DNA of 64,000 nucleotides from Alphaproteobacteria bacterium (GCA_009784275.1 WRCA01000001.1:129783-193782); one strand, 5' to 3'. Positions 28,192-38,796 are shown, counted from the first letter of the stretch. Numbers and translations are program-made. Notes: generated by a model not told the origin, from the letters alone.

Positions 28192-29379
28192 ATGCAAATA
28201 CATACTATTGATGAAATTGGTGATGTCCGCGGAAAATATATTTTGCTGCGCGATGATTTTAATGTTCAAATCGTCGATGGAAAAATTACTGACGCATTTC
28301 GTATAGAGCAAAGCATGCCGACCATTCGGCGGTTAGTGGCGGCGGGCGCACGTATTGCAATTTGTGCCCATTTGGGGCGGCCGGATGGAAAAATCGACCC
28401 GAATTACTCGCTGAAACCGATTGCGGAATATATGAAAATTCCATTGATTCCCGACTGTTTGGATAAAAGTTTTTTGCCCGGTATGAAGGATGGTGAAATT
28501 GTTTTGCTAGAGAACGTGCGCTTTCATGCGGGCGAAGAAGAAGACAATCCGGAATTTGCGGCAAAGCTGGCGGCTGGATTTGATATTTTCATAAATGATG
28601 CATTTGCTGTGTCACATCGCGCGCATGCTTCCGTTGTCGGCATTACGAAAATTCTGCCTTCTTACGCGGGGGAATTGCTGGCTTCGGAAATCGAACATCT
28701 TTCGCGCGTTATGGGAAATCCAAATCGACCGTTATTGGGGTTGGTATCCAGTGCAAAGATCAAATCTAAAATCGGCGTCATCAAGGCCTTTGGAAAACTC
28801 TGCGACAAGATTATTTGCGCAGGTGGAATCGGAACCAGCATTCGCATCGCTATGGGCATGACGAACATAGTTATGGACGAAGGGAATTTGGAAAAATCTT
28901 GGGATGATGCCGCCGTCAAAGAACAAATTTTGGAAATTATGCGGGATTATGGCGATAAAATCATTCTTCCTCTTGAAAAAGGCGTCGGCCCCGCATGGGA
29001 AAAAGATGTGCCCAGGGTAGATAAAATGATGGGCGACATAAGGCCGAATGACGTCATTATGGACGAAGGACCAGCATCAATTATTGAATACGAGCGTGCG
29101 ATTGCGAACGCTAAAACGATTGTCTGGAACGGCACGGTCGGAATGGCCGAATGGCAGCCAACATGGAGCATCGGCACATTCGCCCTGGCCCGCTATATAG
29201 CAAACAGAACCAAGGCTGGCGAGCTGGAATCAATCGTCGGTGGCGGCGACACTGTTGCGGCGTTGGAGGCCACCGGAACAAAGGATGATATGACTTATGT
29301 ATCCACTGGTGGCGGCGCATTCTTGGAATTTATAGAAGGCCGCAAACTGCCAGGAATCGTTGCGTTGGAAAAAGCATAA
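28192..29379 (+). CDS. pgk: phosphoglycerate kinase
   Basis: LLRDDFNV, ICAHLGRPDG, GGGDTVAA, STGGGAFLE motifs. Confidence 0.9.
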   Translation: MQIHTIDEIGDVRGKYILLRDDFNVQIVDGKITDAFRIEQSMPTIRRLVAAGARIAICAHLGRPDGKIDPNYSLKPIAEYMKIPLIPDCLDKSFLPGMKDGEIVLLENVRFHAGEEEDNPEFAAKLAAGFDIFINDAFAVSHRAHASVVGITKILPSYAGELLASEIEHLSRVMGNPNRPLLGLVSSAKIKSKIGVIKAFGKLCDKIICAGGIGTSIRIAMGMTNIVMDEGNLEKSWDDAAVKEQILEIMRDYGDKIILPLEKGVGPAWEKDVPRVDKMMGDIRPNDVIMDEGPASIIEYERAIANAKTIVWNGTVGMAEWQPTWSIGTFALARYIANRTKAGELESIVGGGDTVAALEATGTKDDMTYVSTGGGAFLEFIEGRKLPGIVALEKA

Positions 29380-29393
29380 ATAAATAACAACAA

Positions 29394-29424
29394 TAAAAAA
29401 ATCCGCCGATTGGCGGATTTTTTA
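29394..29424. terminator. bidirectional terminator AAAAAAATCCGCCGATTGGCGGATTTTTTA
   Basis: Between convergent pgk and the 717 aa gene. Overlaps the latter's stop codon. Confidence 0.65.
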
Positions 29425-31575
29425 TGGAATACAAGCACCACTGACAGTATCCCAGAATGGCGTTGCACTGGGGCAACAAATCTTTCCACCTACTGTTGCT
29501 GGATTGGTTCCCCCCCATTCATATCCTACGGCACACTCACATTCGCCGGTTTCATAGCTCCATGTAGAGTTTTTCGGACAATTACAGGTTTTCGTAGCCA
29601 TGCTCCATGTAGAACGTATCGGGCAATTACAACCAAATGCTGTCGAAGCTGTTCCTGGGACACTCCATGCATTATATGGAGGTTCAGCGCTGCCTTCTCC
29701 TGCGGTATAACACGCGATATCAACGACAAGCGATTCTTTACCGATTCCTAAAGTAGTGGCACAACTTTTAATCACCGACAAGCACGCGTTATATACAGCA
29801 TTTGAAACATATCCGATATCGGTTCCACTGCTGCCGATTATCGCGCCATTTGTTATCAGACATGACTGGACATCGGACTTACAACCTGCCCTGTATTCCG
29901 CAATAATATTATCTTGCCGCGCTTTTATCTGGGTTAACGCTTGGGTCAGGTATTCTTTAACAACCTGATTTTGCGGGTCATAACGTTTGTTGGCCCCGGT
30001 GCTGTAAGTATAAGCCTGGCATCTGTTCAACACGGACATACACATTCCGTAATCTCTGCCATTTTCATTTCTGCCAATCTTTGATACCAAGAAGCTGACC
30101 ATATTGGCGCTGTTGGAATTAAAGTTAGTTATATTCGAACTGATAAATTCGGAAAGCGAACCAGAGTTACCCCATACGCCCCACATGGAGGTAAAGCCCG
30201 GGGCGGTGAAATCGCTGCCAGGGATAACTTCGCCATTAACAATAAACTTGCCGGTCGGATCCAAGCACAATTCGTAATCATTTCCGCAAACAGAATCATT
30301 CTGCATACATGCATCCAACGCGCTGACGCATCCGCGCATATCATAAGAATTCCGGTTTTGCGCCACGACCAAGCGCGCCTTTTGCAGCACTGCCGTCGCA
30401 TTGCGCACTGTCCGTCTCATTTGGGTATTTGAATCATCCAATGCGCGCTCATACTCTATGCACTGTCTGTCGATTTCCAAGTCATAAGAATTTGTTATCA
30501 AGGCCGTATCCACGCCTTGTTTTTTGCAAGTATCCAAAACAGACGCTTTGCAACGGGTCGATGCTGTTTTAAACAATTCTGCCCCGCGCTGGTTCGATAT
30601 AGTGCTGCTGCCCATTCCGAACAACGAACTCAAATCAAACCCGCTTCCGAAATTCAAATCCAAGCTGGCGAAATCCAAGAACCCGTTTTCAAAACCCGTG
30701 CTGCTGCCGCCTTTTACATCCAGAACCAGTTTTTTAATTTTATCCAAATCATTTTTAAGCTGGCTGGTATCCTGGGTTCTTTGCATTTCCTGTTCTGCTT
30801 CGGTTTGAGTGAACAGAGAATTCACTTCGTCCTTGGTAAGACCCAGGTATTGAATTTTCATGGCGACATCTTGCAAGTCTTCGGTCGCCTGCTTTAACGC
30901 ATCTTCGCTCTTTTTGTAATTAGCAATATTGGCGGAACAACTGCACCGGCCCTGGTTATCATCCAGAACATCGCAGAAATTATCCATACAAGCAAAAAAC
31001 TGCGCTTTGCAGAAATCTTCCAGCTGTGCAATTTCTTCCATGCTTACGCCCGTATCAACCGGCGTAGCAGGAGAACTTCCAAACAGCGGCGTTCCCGCCA
31101 TACGTGTTGCGGAAAGCTGCCCTATGGCACTGCCACGAACGCCGACACGCGCATTATACAAAGGTGCTGTCACAGTATCTGACTGCACAATTCCGGCACG
31201 CGCTGTATTTACATTATTCGTGCCACTAGACCGCGTAGCGAGCGTTTTTTCGGGACCTGTCAAAGACATAGAACGAATACTGGTCGCCGCATTGCGTGAA
31301 GCAACCGCGCGGCTGGTCGCCGCTGCGCGTGGCGCAGTTTGCGCGCCCGCCGCCGGAACAGCACGCGTAGCGGAACGCGCCGTCACCGGGGTACGCGCAT
31401 TAAGCGCGGGTTGCCTTAAAATCGGCGCAGTTGCGGGTGCAGAAACTTCTTCGGGGTTTTCGTCATAGAACGGGCTTTCGACCACATCCGTTTCAGACTC
31501 GTAATAGACCGGTGCAACCTCTGCAAACGCGGGCATGCACAGCAGTCCGAACAATACGGGCAAGATTTTCTTCAT
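29422..31575 (-). CDS. large secreted cysteine-rich protein, paralog A (717 aa): signal peptide, Arg/Ser/Ala/Thr-rich repeats, Cys-rich core, C-terminal CxC repeats
   Basis: MKKILPVLFGLLCMPAFA signal peptide. AQFFACMDNFC...RCSCS block shared with the 822 aa protein. About 40 Cys. Confidence 0.6.
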   Translation of the reverse strand: MKKILPVLFGLLCMPAFAEVAPVYYESETDVVESPFYDENPEEVSAPATAPILRQPALNARTPVTARSATRAVPAAGAQTAPRAAATSRAVASRNAATSIRSMSLTGPEKTLATRSSGTNNVNTARAGIVQSDTVTAPLYNARVGVRGSAIGQLSATRMAGTPLFGSSPATPVDTGVSMEEIAQLEDFCKAQFFACMDNFCDVLDDNQGRCSCSANIANYKKSEDALKQATEDLQDVAMKIQYLGLTKDEVNSLFTQTEAEQEMQRTQDTSQLKNDLDKIKKLVLDVKGGSSTGFENGFLDFASLDLNFGSGFDLSSLFGMGSSTISNQRGAELFKTASTRCKASVLDTCKKQGVDTALITNSYDLEIDRQCIEYERALDDSNTQMRRTVRNATAVLQKARLVVAQNRNSYDMRGCVSALDACMQNDSVCGNDYELCLDPTGKFIVNGEVIPGSDFTAPGFTSMWGVWGNSGSLSEFISSNITNFNSNSANMVSFLVSKIGRNENGRDYGMCMSVLNRCQAYTYSTGANKRYDPQNQVVKEYLTQALTQIKARQDNIIAEYRAGCKSDVQSCLITNGAIIGSSGTDIGYVSNAVYNACLSVIKSCATTLGIGKESLVVDIACYTAGEGSAEPPYNAWSVPGTASTAFGCNCPIRSTWSMATKTCNCPKNSTWSYETGECECAVGYEWGGTNPATVGGKICCPSATPFWDTVSGACIP

Positions 31576-31650
31576 TCGAATTCCCTTCCTTATTACAGAA
31601 TTCTATCATTTTTTGCCAATAATGTAAATAGGAAATAGCGCTGACGACGT

Positions 31651-31681
31651 GATAAAAAGGGCGCAAGAAGCGCCCCCTGCT
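31651..31681 (-). terminator. rho-independent terminator of proS (GGGCGCTTCTTGCGCCC + T-tract on the minus strand)
   Basis: Hairpin immediately after the proS stop. Confidence 0.6.
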
Positions 31682-33106
31682 TTAATACGATTTTGCAACA
31701 AATACGAAACTGGGATCTTTTTCATCCAAGCAACGGCGAGAGATTTTATATTTTTCCATTAATCCCTCAAATTCCGGCGCAAGGGTCTCCTTGTACGGCA
31801 ATCGGAAAAATCCAATTTTTCCTTTTTCCAGATTTTTTGATAATTCAGCCAAATCCTTGACCTCTGTTATCATGGTTTTGTTAAACGCAGTGTTAGCAAC
31901 CAGCATATCAGACTGCATTTTACCCAAAAGCTCTTGAATCAAAGAATGAGCTGTTTTGACTGGTACCGTCGTTTTGCTTGCCTTTCCAATATCACGACGA
32001 GTTAATGTTATCGTGTTATCCGTGACTTCTTTTTCGCCTATTTCGACACGGATTGGCACGCCACGCTTTATCCATTTCCACATTTTATCGCTACTGCGCA
32101 TATCGCTGTCATCAAGCCAGACACGGATTCCAGCGTCTTTAAATTGTTTTTCAATTTTACGAGCGTACTCATTCTGTTCCGGCAAGATTGGAATTATCAC
32201 AACCTGATAAGGCGCAATGCTGGGGGGCAATACCAACCCATCATCATCACCATGTATCATAATGACCGAACCCATCATTCGGCTGGATGTTCCCCAACTG
32301 GTAGTATAAGCATATTGTAGCTTTCTATCCGGCCCCAAGAACTTTATATCAAACGATTTAGAAAAATGCTGACCCAAATCATGAGAAGTTCCGACCTGCA
32401 GCGCTTTTCCGTCCTGCGCTATTTGCTCACGCGTGTAAGTATGATCTGCACCGGCAAATCTTTCTTCCGGTGTCTTTTCCCCAACAATAGAATCAATCGC
32501 CAAGACATCGCGCATATACTTTGTATAAACATCATGCATTTTTTTCGCATCGGCGGATGCTTCTTCGGCAGTTGCAAAGACATTATGCCCTTCCTGCCAG
32601 AAAAACTCCCGTGTGCGCAAAAATATACGCGGGCGCATTTCCCACCGAAATACGCTTGTCCACTGATTTAACAGCAAAGGAAGATCACGATAAGACTGCA
32701 CCCAGCGCGACATAGCTTCGCCAATAATCGTTTCCGATGTCGGGCGCAATATATACGGGTCGGTTAACTTTGAATCCGGATCTGGTTGCAGTTTCCCATC
32801 AACCATTTTTAATCTGTGATGGGTAACCACTGCGCATTCTTTTGCAAAGCCTTCTACATGTTCGGCTTCCTTGTTAAAATACTCCAACGGGATAAGGGTA
32901 GGAAATTGCACGTTTTGAACTTTTTCGGCTTTTATCCGTTTATCCAATTCATCCCGCATAAGTTCCCATATCGCCCAACCGTACGGCTTTACAGTCATGC
33001 TGCCCGCAGAAGGTGAAGTTTCCGCCAAGTCAGCGGCAACTATGACATTCTGATACCACTCGCTGAAATTTTCAGCCCTTGTTGGCGTAATTGCTGTTTT
33101 TGACAT
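31682..33106 (-). CDS. proS: proline--tRNA ligase (class II, archaeal/eukaryote-like short form)
   Basis: Class II motifs (FRWEMRPRIFLRTREF, GDDDGLVLPPSIAP). 474 aa, lacking the bacterial insertion domain. Confidence 0.85.
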   Translation of the reverse strand: MSKTAITPTRAENFSEWYQNVIVAADLAETSPSAGSMTVKPYGWAIWELMRDELDKRIKAEKVQNVQFPTLIPLEYFNKEAEHVEGFAKECAVVTHHRLKMVDGKLQPDPDSKLTDPYILRPTSETIIGEAMSRWVQSYRDLPLLLNQWTSVFRWEMRPRIFLRTREFFWQEGHNVFATAEEASADAKKMHDVYTKYMRDVLAIDSIVGEKTPEERFAGADHTYTREQIAQDGKALQVGTSHDLGQHFSKSFDIKFLGPDRKLQYAYTTSWGTSSRMMGSVIMIHGDDDGLVLPPSIAPYQVVIIPILPEQNEYARKIEKQFKDAGIRVWLDDSDMRSSDKMWKWIKRGVPIRVEIGEKEVTDNTITLTRRDIGKASKTTVPVKTAHSLIQELLGKMQSDMLVANTAFNKTMITEVKDLAELSKNLEKGKIGFFRLPYKETLAPEFEGLMEKYKISRRCLDEKDPSFVFVAKSY

Positions 33107-33107
33107 T

Positions 33108-34364
33108 TTATATTTCCTTTATCGCAAGAACCTTTTTCAGAGGATACAATATTGCAACCAACATTACAAGTGTTACAGCCATCGTCCATCCAATTCCAAA
33201 TCCATCCATCAAAGGCTTCATCAATATCATCATGCCGCCGCTGATAAATGTAGCGTACATTGAACTAACTGATAAGACTGTGCCACGCTCTGACGATTTA
33301 ATTCTATGATGAATCAAAGTGTTGAATATTAACGAGCTCATTTTCTGACAGGCCGGAACAATCGCGATTATGACACACATAACATATACTATCCACATAT
33401 GTTCGGCGCCCGCAAACAGCGCACCAAACACAGCGGCAATAGCGATAACAACTGCAGCAATGCATGCATACAGAGTTTTTCTTACGCCAAATGATTCATA
33501 AACTTTATGTGCGTATTTCGCAAATAATATTCGCGAAAACTGATTAATCCCGACAAAGATTCCAAACAAGGCGACAGACACTCCAACCGCTTCCATCGTC
33601 GGCTGTAATATCCACATCATGATTAAAGTAAATGACCCAAATATCGCGGGAAACAGCATAAGCCATTTTATCTCTGGATGCTTTACTGACATCTTTACTA
33701 TACCCATTACATCCTTCCAAGGGCTTGTTTCCGGGAATACTTTGCGCCTGACTTCTTGCAATTCAGGCAACGCCAAAATGCACAAGACGCCAAAGAACGC
33801 CACCATGGCTTCTATTGCAACAACCCAATTCCCAATCACTGCATAAAGCGATCCACCTATGACTGCTGCGATGAATCCTGCGGATTGTCCGTATGTGCTG
33901 ATGCTGCCATTTTCTTTCAGGAATTGTTTTTCACGCTTCATGCGTTTCAGCAAGTCATATGCATATGCTTCCTTGGTTCCTGAAAACAATGCTCCGGCCA
34001 GGCCAAGCCCCGCTTCTGCCAGCATAATTTCCCAAAATCCATATGCAAAAAATAGCCCAACCATGGCAAGAAACCACATTATGCTGCCAAGTAAAAGTAC
34101 TTTCTTGCGACTGAATACATCTGACATATATCCGCTGGGGATTTCAAATAGAAATGTGGCGATTAAGAATATTCCCTGGATAAGGAAGAAATCCCCGGTG
34201 GTTATTCCTTTTTCTTGATAAAGCAAAACAATAATTGGGGTGATTATCATAAAATAGATAAAAAACTCGCTCCACTTCAATAAAGATAATGCAGTTTTAT
34301 CTGATACGGTAAACATTTTTATAACCTTTTGTCGGGATTGCATTCGAATCCCGAACGCAATCAT
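33108..34364 (-). CDS. MFS transporter
   Basis: 12 predicted TM helices. MFS motif-A-like loop. Confidence 0.7.
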   Translation of the reverse strand: MIAFGIRMQSRQKVIKMFTVSDKTALSLLKWSEFFIYFMIITPIIVLLYQEKGITTGDFFLIQGIFLIATFLFEIPSGYMSDVFSRKKVLLLGSIMWFLAMVGLFFAYGFWEIMLAEAGLGLAGALFSGTKEAYAYDLLKRMKREKQFLKENGSISTYGQSAGFIAAVIGGSLYAVIGNWVVAIEAMVAFFGVLCILALPELQEVRRKVFPETSPWKDVMGIVKMSVKHPEIKWLMLFPAIFGSFTLIMMWILQPTMEAVGVSVALFGIFVGINQFSRILFAKYAHKVYESFGVRKTLYACIAAVVIAIAAVFGALFAGAEHMWIVYVMCVIIAIVPACQKMSSLIFNTLIHHRIKSSERGTVLSVSSMYATFISGGMMILMKPLMDGFGIGWTMAVTLVMLVAILYPLKKVLAIKEI

Positions 34365-35164
34365 TTTAATTTTTTAAATTCATCATTAATAATTTTATGC
34401 AACTCTGTCGCGATTTCTTTTCTGTCTTTACCCGCCAATGGCGGTGGCGGCAAGATAAACACTTCTACCATAAATCCGCCAATCGAAAAGACATGAAATA
34501 TTTGTCCTATCAAGTTGCGCTCTACCTTGCAATACGGCGGCTGGGTCATTTTGCAATTATCAAAGAATGCATAATCATCCGCCATTATTTGATCCGGTAT
34601 CATGCTGCCATCGCGATAACGATAGAACTGAACAACCGGCTGAACCGTCACATCTTCGCCATTTTCCATAAAATTAAACAAGGTACTTTTAAATGGCAGA
34701 ACATAAGTGCCGCTGGTTGTAGTGCCTTCTGGAAACAAAAACATCGGATAATCTGCCTTGGCCATTTCCTTGCGTAACTTTTCTATGCCTTCCAGCGCAT
34801 GACTGGGGCGGCGATCAATGAAAATCACGCCGAACTTTTTGCACATCCAGCCAACCAAAGGATAACTTTCTATTTCTTTCTTTCCAAAGAAACTGCCGCC
34901 GAATGCAACCGGGAATGTTACCATTTCAAATACTGAAATATGATTGCCGACCACTAATAATGGACGCTTTTTTGATAACTGACCATGCACCTTTATACGT
35001 ATTCCGGCAATCAGCATCACCCCGTTCATAAAGAAACGCAAAGCCCAAAGGCCCAGCCGCGAACCCGTTGGTACAAACAATACAAATATCGCGTTCGGCA
35101 AAATCCACAGCACGAAAAGCAGAAACCGCACAGGTGCAAATAAAATATTAAATATCTTTTTCAT
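34361..35164 (-). CDS. olsA: lysophospholipid acyltransferase (PlsC family), probable lyso-ornithine lipid O-acyltransferase OlsA
   Basis: VVGNHISVFE (HX4D/E-type motif) and FPEGTTTSG motif. Sits directly downstream of the olsB-like gene. Confidence 0.55.
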   Translation of the reverse strand: MKKIFNILFAPVRFLLFVLWILPNAIFVLFVPTGSRLGLWALRFFMNGVMLIAGIRIKVHGQLSKKRPLLVVGNHISVFEMVTFPVAFGGSFFGKKEIESYPLVGWMCKKFGVIFIDRRPSHALEGIEKLRKEMAKADYPMFLFPEGTTTSGTYVLPFKSTLFNFMENGEDVTVQPVVQFYRYRDGSMIPDQIMADDYAFFDNCKMTQPPYCKVERNLIGQIFHVFSIGGFMVEVFILPPPPLAGKDRKEIATELHKIINDEFKKLK

Positions 35165-35166
35165 CT

Positions 35167-36117
35167 TTATTCATCCGTTTGTTTTTCTTCTTCAACCAGC
35201 TCTGCATCGTCGGCATCATCACGCAGGAAAAAATGCGCCGCCGCTTTGAACAAGGCAAATGACCCAGTGAACGGCAATAACATCGCTTTGCCGAACTTCT
35301 TCATTGCGCCCTCTTTCACCTCCAAATGAGCGAATGCCGTTTCAGAGCCAGTTATATATTTTTGATACGCACGGCTGATATTCTTGGTCTGCAAAACTAC
35401 AAATACATCATAAGTATTAAATGGCGCATCGATGAAAACTCCCTTGCCAAATGTTGCCCCCAGGCGCAAGTATCCCTTTAACACCGGTGGCATTTGCGAT
35501 TTTGCCACTGCTTCATCAATGAAATCCCGCGGCAAAATATTCATCTTCGTCAGCTTTGGATTTACCCCGTCAGGCAACTTATCTTTTTCCACCATGGTGC
35601 GCAAAGACAAAGGCGCCAGGTGGTTATAGTACAGATAAGAAATCGCCTGGGCCGATTCCGCCGGTTTTGTCCCAACCCAAGATGCCACCCCGAACAGAAC
35701 CACGATTTTTCGCTTTAATATATACTCTGCCAAGCCCATCCACAGCATGCGTATGACCAAGCCTTCTTCGCGATAATCCGCATCCACGCAAGCCCTGGAC
35801 ATTTCCGCGATATTCCCGCGAACTTTTTTGATTTTCTTTAAATCAAATTCTGTTTCGGTATAAAATCCATCCATTTTTTCAGCGGCATCACGATCGATAA
35901 TGCGATAAGTTCCAACGATTTTACCCTTGTGAAACACCCCCATATAATCTGAATAAAGGTCAAATGAATCATATTCTTCGCGCAGATTTTTCTGTTCCTC
36001 GGTCGCGCTGGCACCTTCTTCTTCAACAAAAACTTTATAGCGCAACTGTCGGACTTGTTTTCTTTCTTCCTTGTTTCTGGTCAACCGGACTTCATAGTCA
36101 CGCACCTTAATAGCCAT
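35167..36117 (-). CDS. olsB: GNAT-family N-acyltransferase, probable ornithine N-acyltransferase OlsB
   Basis: VRQLRYKVFVEEEGA hemolysin-like/OlsB N-terminal motif. Start chosen at MAIKVRDYE, which has an AAGGAG ribosome binding site. Confidence 0.6.
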   Translation of the reverse strand: MAIKVRDYEVRLTRNKEERKQVRQLRYKVFVEEEGASATEEQKNLREEYDSFDLYSDYMGVFHKGKIVGTYRIIDRDAAEKMDGFYTETEFDLKKIKKVRGNIAEMSRACVDADYREEGLVIRMLWMGLAEYILKRKIVVLFGVASWVGTKPAESAQAISYLYYNHLAPLSLRTMVEKDKLPDGVNPKLTKMNILPRDFIDEAVAKSQMPPVLKGYLRLGATFGKGVFIDAPFNTYDVFVVLQTKNISRAYQKYITGSETAFAHLEVKEGAMKKFGKAMLLPFTGSFALFKAAAHFFLRDDADDAELVEEEKQTDE

Positions 36118-36182
36118 AAATAAACTCCTTTGATGATAGGAAAGATAGCAGATAAAGCATATGCATGCAATTAAATTGTAAT

Positions 36183-37148
36183 TTACAGCTTCTCTGCAAG
36201 TTCCGCGATCGCGATCGCATACCAATTCGAATTATTCCATTTCTTTATGCGATAAAAATTCGGATAAGTCAGATATGCCAAGGCCGGACTGAAGTTAGCT
36301 GCATCACACACCAGGCCTGCTTCCATATTAGCATCCGGCACGCCCGCTATATCCATCGCAGCCCATTCGGCCAGCGATTTTTTAGTTTTTCCATCACATA
36401 AGCTAACATCGAAATTTTCTGGCAACTCAACACGACGAACTATTTTTTCATTCGGATTCCAACCCAGTCTATTCAGATAGTTTCCGGCTGAAAACATAGC
36501 ATCGCTTATATTATTTATAATATCAATTCTGCCATCGCCGTTGCCATCTGCACCGTATTGCTGCAGTGTAGTTGGGATAAACTGAAAGTGTCCCATCGCG
36601 CCCGCCCAGCTGCCCCTGACCCCTTCAATCTGAATCCTATTCTTGCTGGAGATTTTCATCAACGCAATCATCTGGTCAGTAAAGAACTGTTCGCGCCGAC
36701 CTTCATAAATCAGCGTTAAAAAAGAATCCGTTAACTTACTGCTGCCTTTGGTTTCACCATAGTTGCTTTCCAGTCCCCAGAACGCCAAGATAACCTCTGG
36801 CGAAACGCCATATTTCTGATGAACCTTGTTCAGCAACGTCGGGTATTTAGCGCGCATCTTATGCCCATTTGCGATACGCTTTTCATTTACCGTTTTTGCC
36901 AGATACTCCCCCAAAGTCAATTTAAATTCTGACTGATTTTGATCCCGCCATACGATTTTTGGAATAAATGCGGCATCTTGGATCGCGGCATTAATAGTAC
37001 GATCATCAACATTTTCCGCAACTGCACGATCTTGAATTTTATTAAGAATCATATTCCAACGATCGAAATCAAATCTTCCTTCTGCGGCATATGTCGCGCC
37101 AGAATAAAGCACAGAGCATAAATAACAGATAAGAGATAATTTTTTCAT
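36183..37148 (-). CDS. mltB: lytic murein transglycosylase, MltB family
   Basis: Signal peptide, FWGLESNYGE catalytic motif, C-terminal peptidoglycan-binding-like region. Confidence 0.7.
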   Translation of the reverse strand: MKKLSLICYLCSVLYSGATYAAEGRFDFDRWNMILNKIQDRAVAENVDDRTINAAIQDAAFIPKIVWRDQNQSEFKLTLGEYLAKTVNEKRIANGHKMRAKYPTLLNKVHQKYGVSPEVILAFWGLESNYGETKGSSKLTDSFLTLIYEGRREQFFTDQMIALMKISSKNRIQIEGVRGSWAGAMGHFQFIPTTLQQYGADGNGDGRIDIINNISDAMFSAGNYLNRLGWNPNEKIVRRVELPENFDVSLCDGKTKKSLAEWAAMDIAGVPDANMEAGLVCDAANFSPALAYLTYPNFYRIKKWNNSNWYAIAIAELAEKL

Positions 37149-37209
37149 ATTTGCATTATAGCATAAAAAAAACTTCGCGCAACGCACGAAGCTGTCTATG
37201 CCTTATGCC

Positions 37210-38685
37210 TTAAAACGCATATTTAACGCCCAAATGAACACCGAATGACTGCCAATTCGCGTACTTCAATGAATCCGGGATGTTCACCGTATGCGCCTCT
37301 ACCGTTTCCAGCACAGGATAACATCCCGCCTGGACTGTCGGATCACAAGGTAGTCCGCTGACATCATTAAATACATACTGGCCAAATTCATCCATCAAAT
37401 AAGTCGTATATGATGCTACAAACAACTTCCCACCAATATTGCCTACATGGAAAAAGTTCGTATCCACTTTCAACGACAGATTCATTCGGTCTGACAGCTT
37501 GTAATTATACTCCATTTCCGCAAGATATGAATATGCGCCGGTGTTGCCTTCGTCGATAAAGCTGGGATTTTGCTGCCAGTCCGTTCTGTTCGGCCATATG
37601 CCTTCGGATGAATAGTGAGGCATTCCGACCTGAACATAAAAACGCAACTTATCCTTGAAAGTCATTTGTTTTTCGACTTCCAGTCCCAGGAAAAGCCCGC
37701 TCCATGTCGTATTATAAATATGCGTTACCCCAGGGACTATTATCGGTCCATCCCCGCCAATAATCACGCACTCGCCCGGTCCGACACCCCATGGCAAATA
37801 CATCCACAGCGGATCATAATCTGTTGTATTTAACGAACCATCAAGATTAACACTGGGCGATCCATCCGGATTTACCGCCGCAACTTTGATATCTTCTGGC
37901 GACAAACAAACTTGATACCAACCATTTTCAGCATATTCTTTGGCCAGACCTTGTGGCACGCTGATAAAAGCGCCAGCCGCATCACCGAAAACATAGTTTC
38001 CGTCCGGTGTTAACAGAGGAAGGTATACCGCAGGGTTCGGATAATAATGATCCGACATTCTTAAATCATGTTTGAAAATTTCGTACCCGATTGACGGCGA
38101 CAGCTTCCATCCCGCCACATCCCACATATGTTTCGCACCAAAACCAAATTTAATATTATTTGTTTTTCCAGTTTGGTTTCCGACTGAAATTGTGAAAATT
38201 CCTATATCAGGTTCTGACCAATTGTATGGTTCCAAGTCATAGTCGATGGAAAATCCAGCGCTGGCCATTGTACCCATGCGATATTCGCCATAAGCGAACA
38301 GGTCATAATTTCTCATAGTGAAATTACTATCCAAACGAACGCCGATTTCGTTATAGACCATATTGCTCCATTCCAAAACCGAATTCACCCCGGTTTTGAA
38401 AGAAAAATCTGCGTATCTTCGGGCATAATCCGCCGACAACACCCATGGCGGTTTTTCATCGGTTGCAACGCCAGCCGGTGTCATTGTTCCGCCAATACCT
38501 GGCGGTAATTCCTGGCGCGGGACTTGATAAGTATAGCTTCGTTGGGCCACTATTTGAGGTTGACGCTGGGTTCCGACATATGTATTTGGCCCAGCTTGGT
38601 AATAAGTCGGCGTTCCTTCACGCGCAGCAAACACCGCCAAAGGCGCAAAAATCCCAAGTAAAACGGCGAAAAAGCCCATTCTCAT
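37210..38685 (-). CDS. outer membrane beta-barrel protein (porin/MOMP-like), 491 aa
   Basis: Signal peptide MRMGFFAVLLGIFAPLAVFAA, alternating amphipathic strands, C-terminal ...GVHLGVKYAF ending in aromatic Phe. Confidence 0.5.
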   Translation of the reverse strand: MRMGFFAVLLGIFAPLAVFAAREGTPTYYQAGPNTYVGTQRQPQIVAQRSYTYQVPRQELPPGIGGTMTPAGVATDEKPPWVLSADYARRYADFSFKTGVNSVLEWSNMVYNEIGVRLDSNFTMRNYDLFAYGEYRMGTMASAGFSIDYDLEPYNWSEPDIGIFTISVGNQTGKTNNIKFGFGAKHMWDVAGWKLSPSIGYEIFKHDLRMSDHYYPNPAVYLPLLTPDGNYVFGDAAGAFISVPQGLAKEYAENGWYQVCLSPEDIKVAAVNPDGSPSVNLDGSLNTTDYDPLWMYLPWGVGPGECVIIGGDGPIIVPGVTHIYNTTWSGLFLGLEVEKQMTFKDKLRFYVQVGMPHYSSEGIWPNRTDWQQNPSFIDEGNTGAYSYLAEMEYNYKLSDRMNLSLKVDTNFFHVGNIGGKLFVASYTTYLMDEFGQYVFNDVSGLPCDPTVQAGCYPVLETVEAHTVNIPDSLKYANWQSFGVHLGVKYAF

Positions 38686-38796
38686 AATTCCAATTATAGC
38701 ATAAAAGCATCTTTAAAAAAACACTTTTGAAAAAGGTGCTTGCAAATTGCTTGAAATTTAATAAAATGTGCGTCTGAACATAAAAGGACTTTAAAA

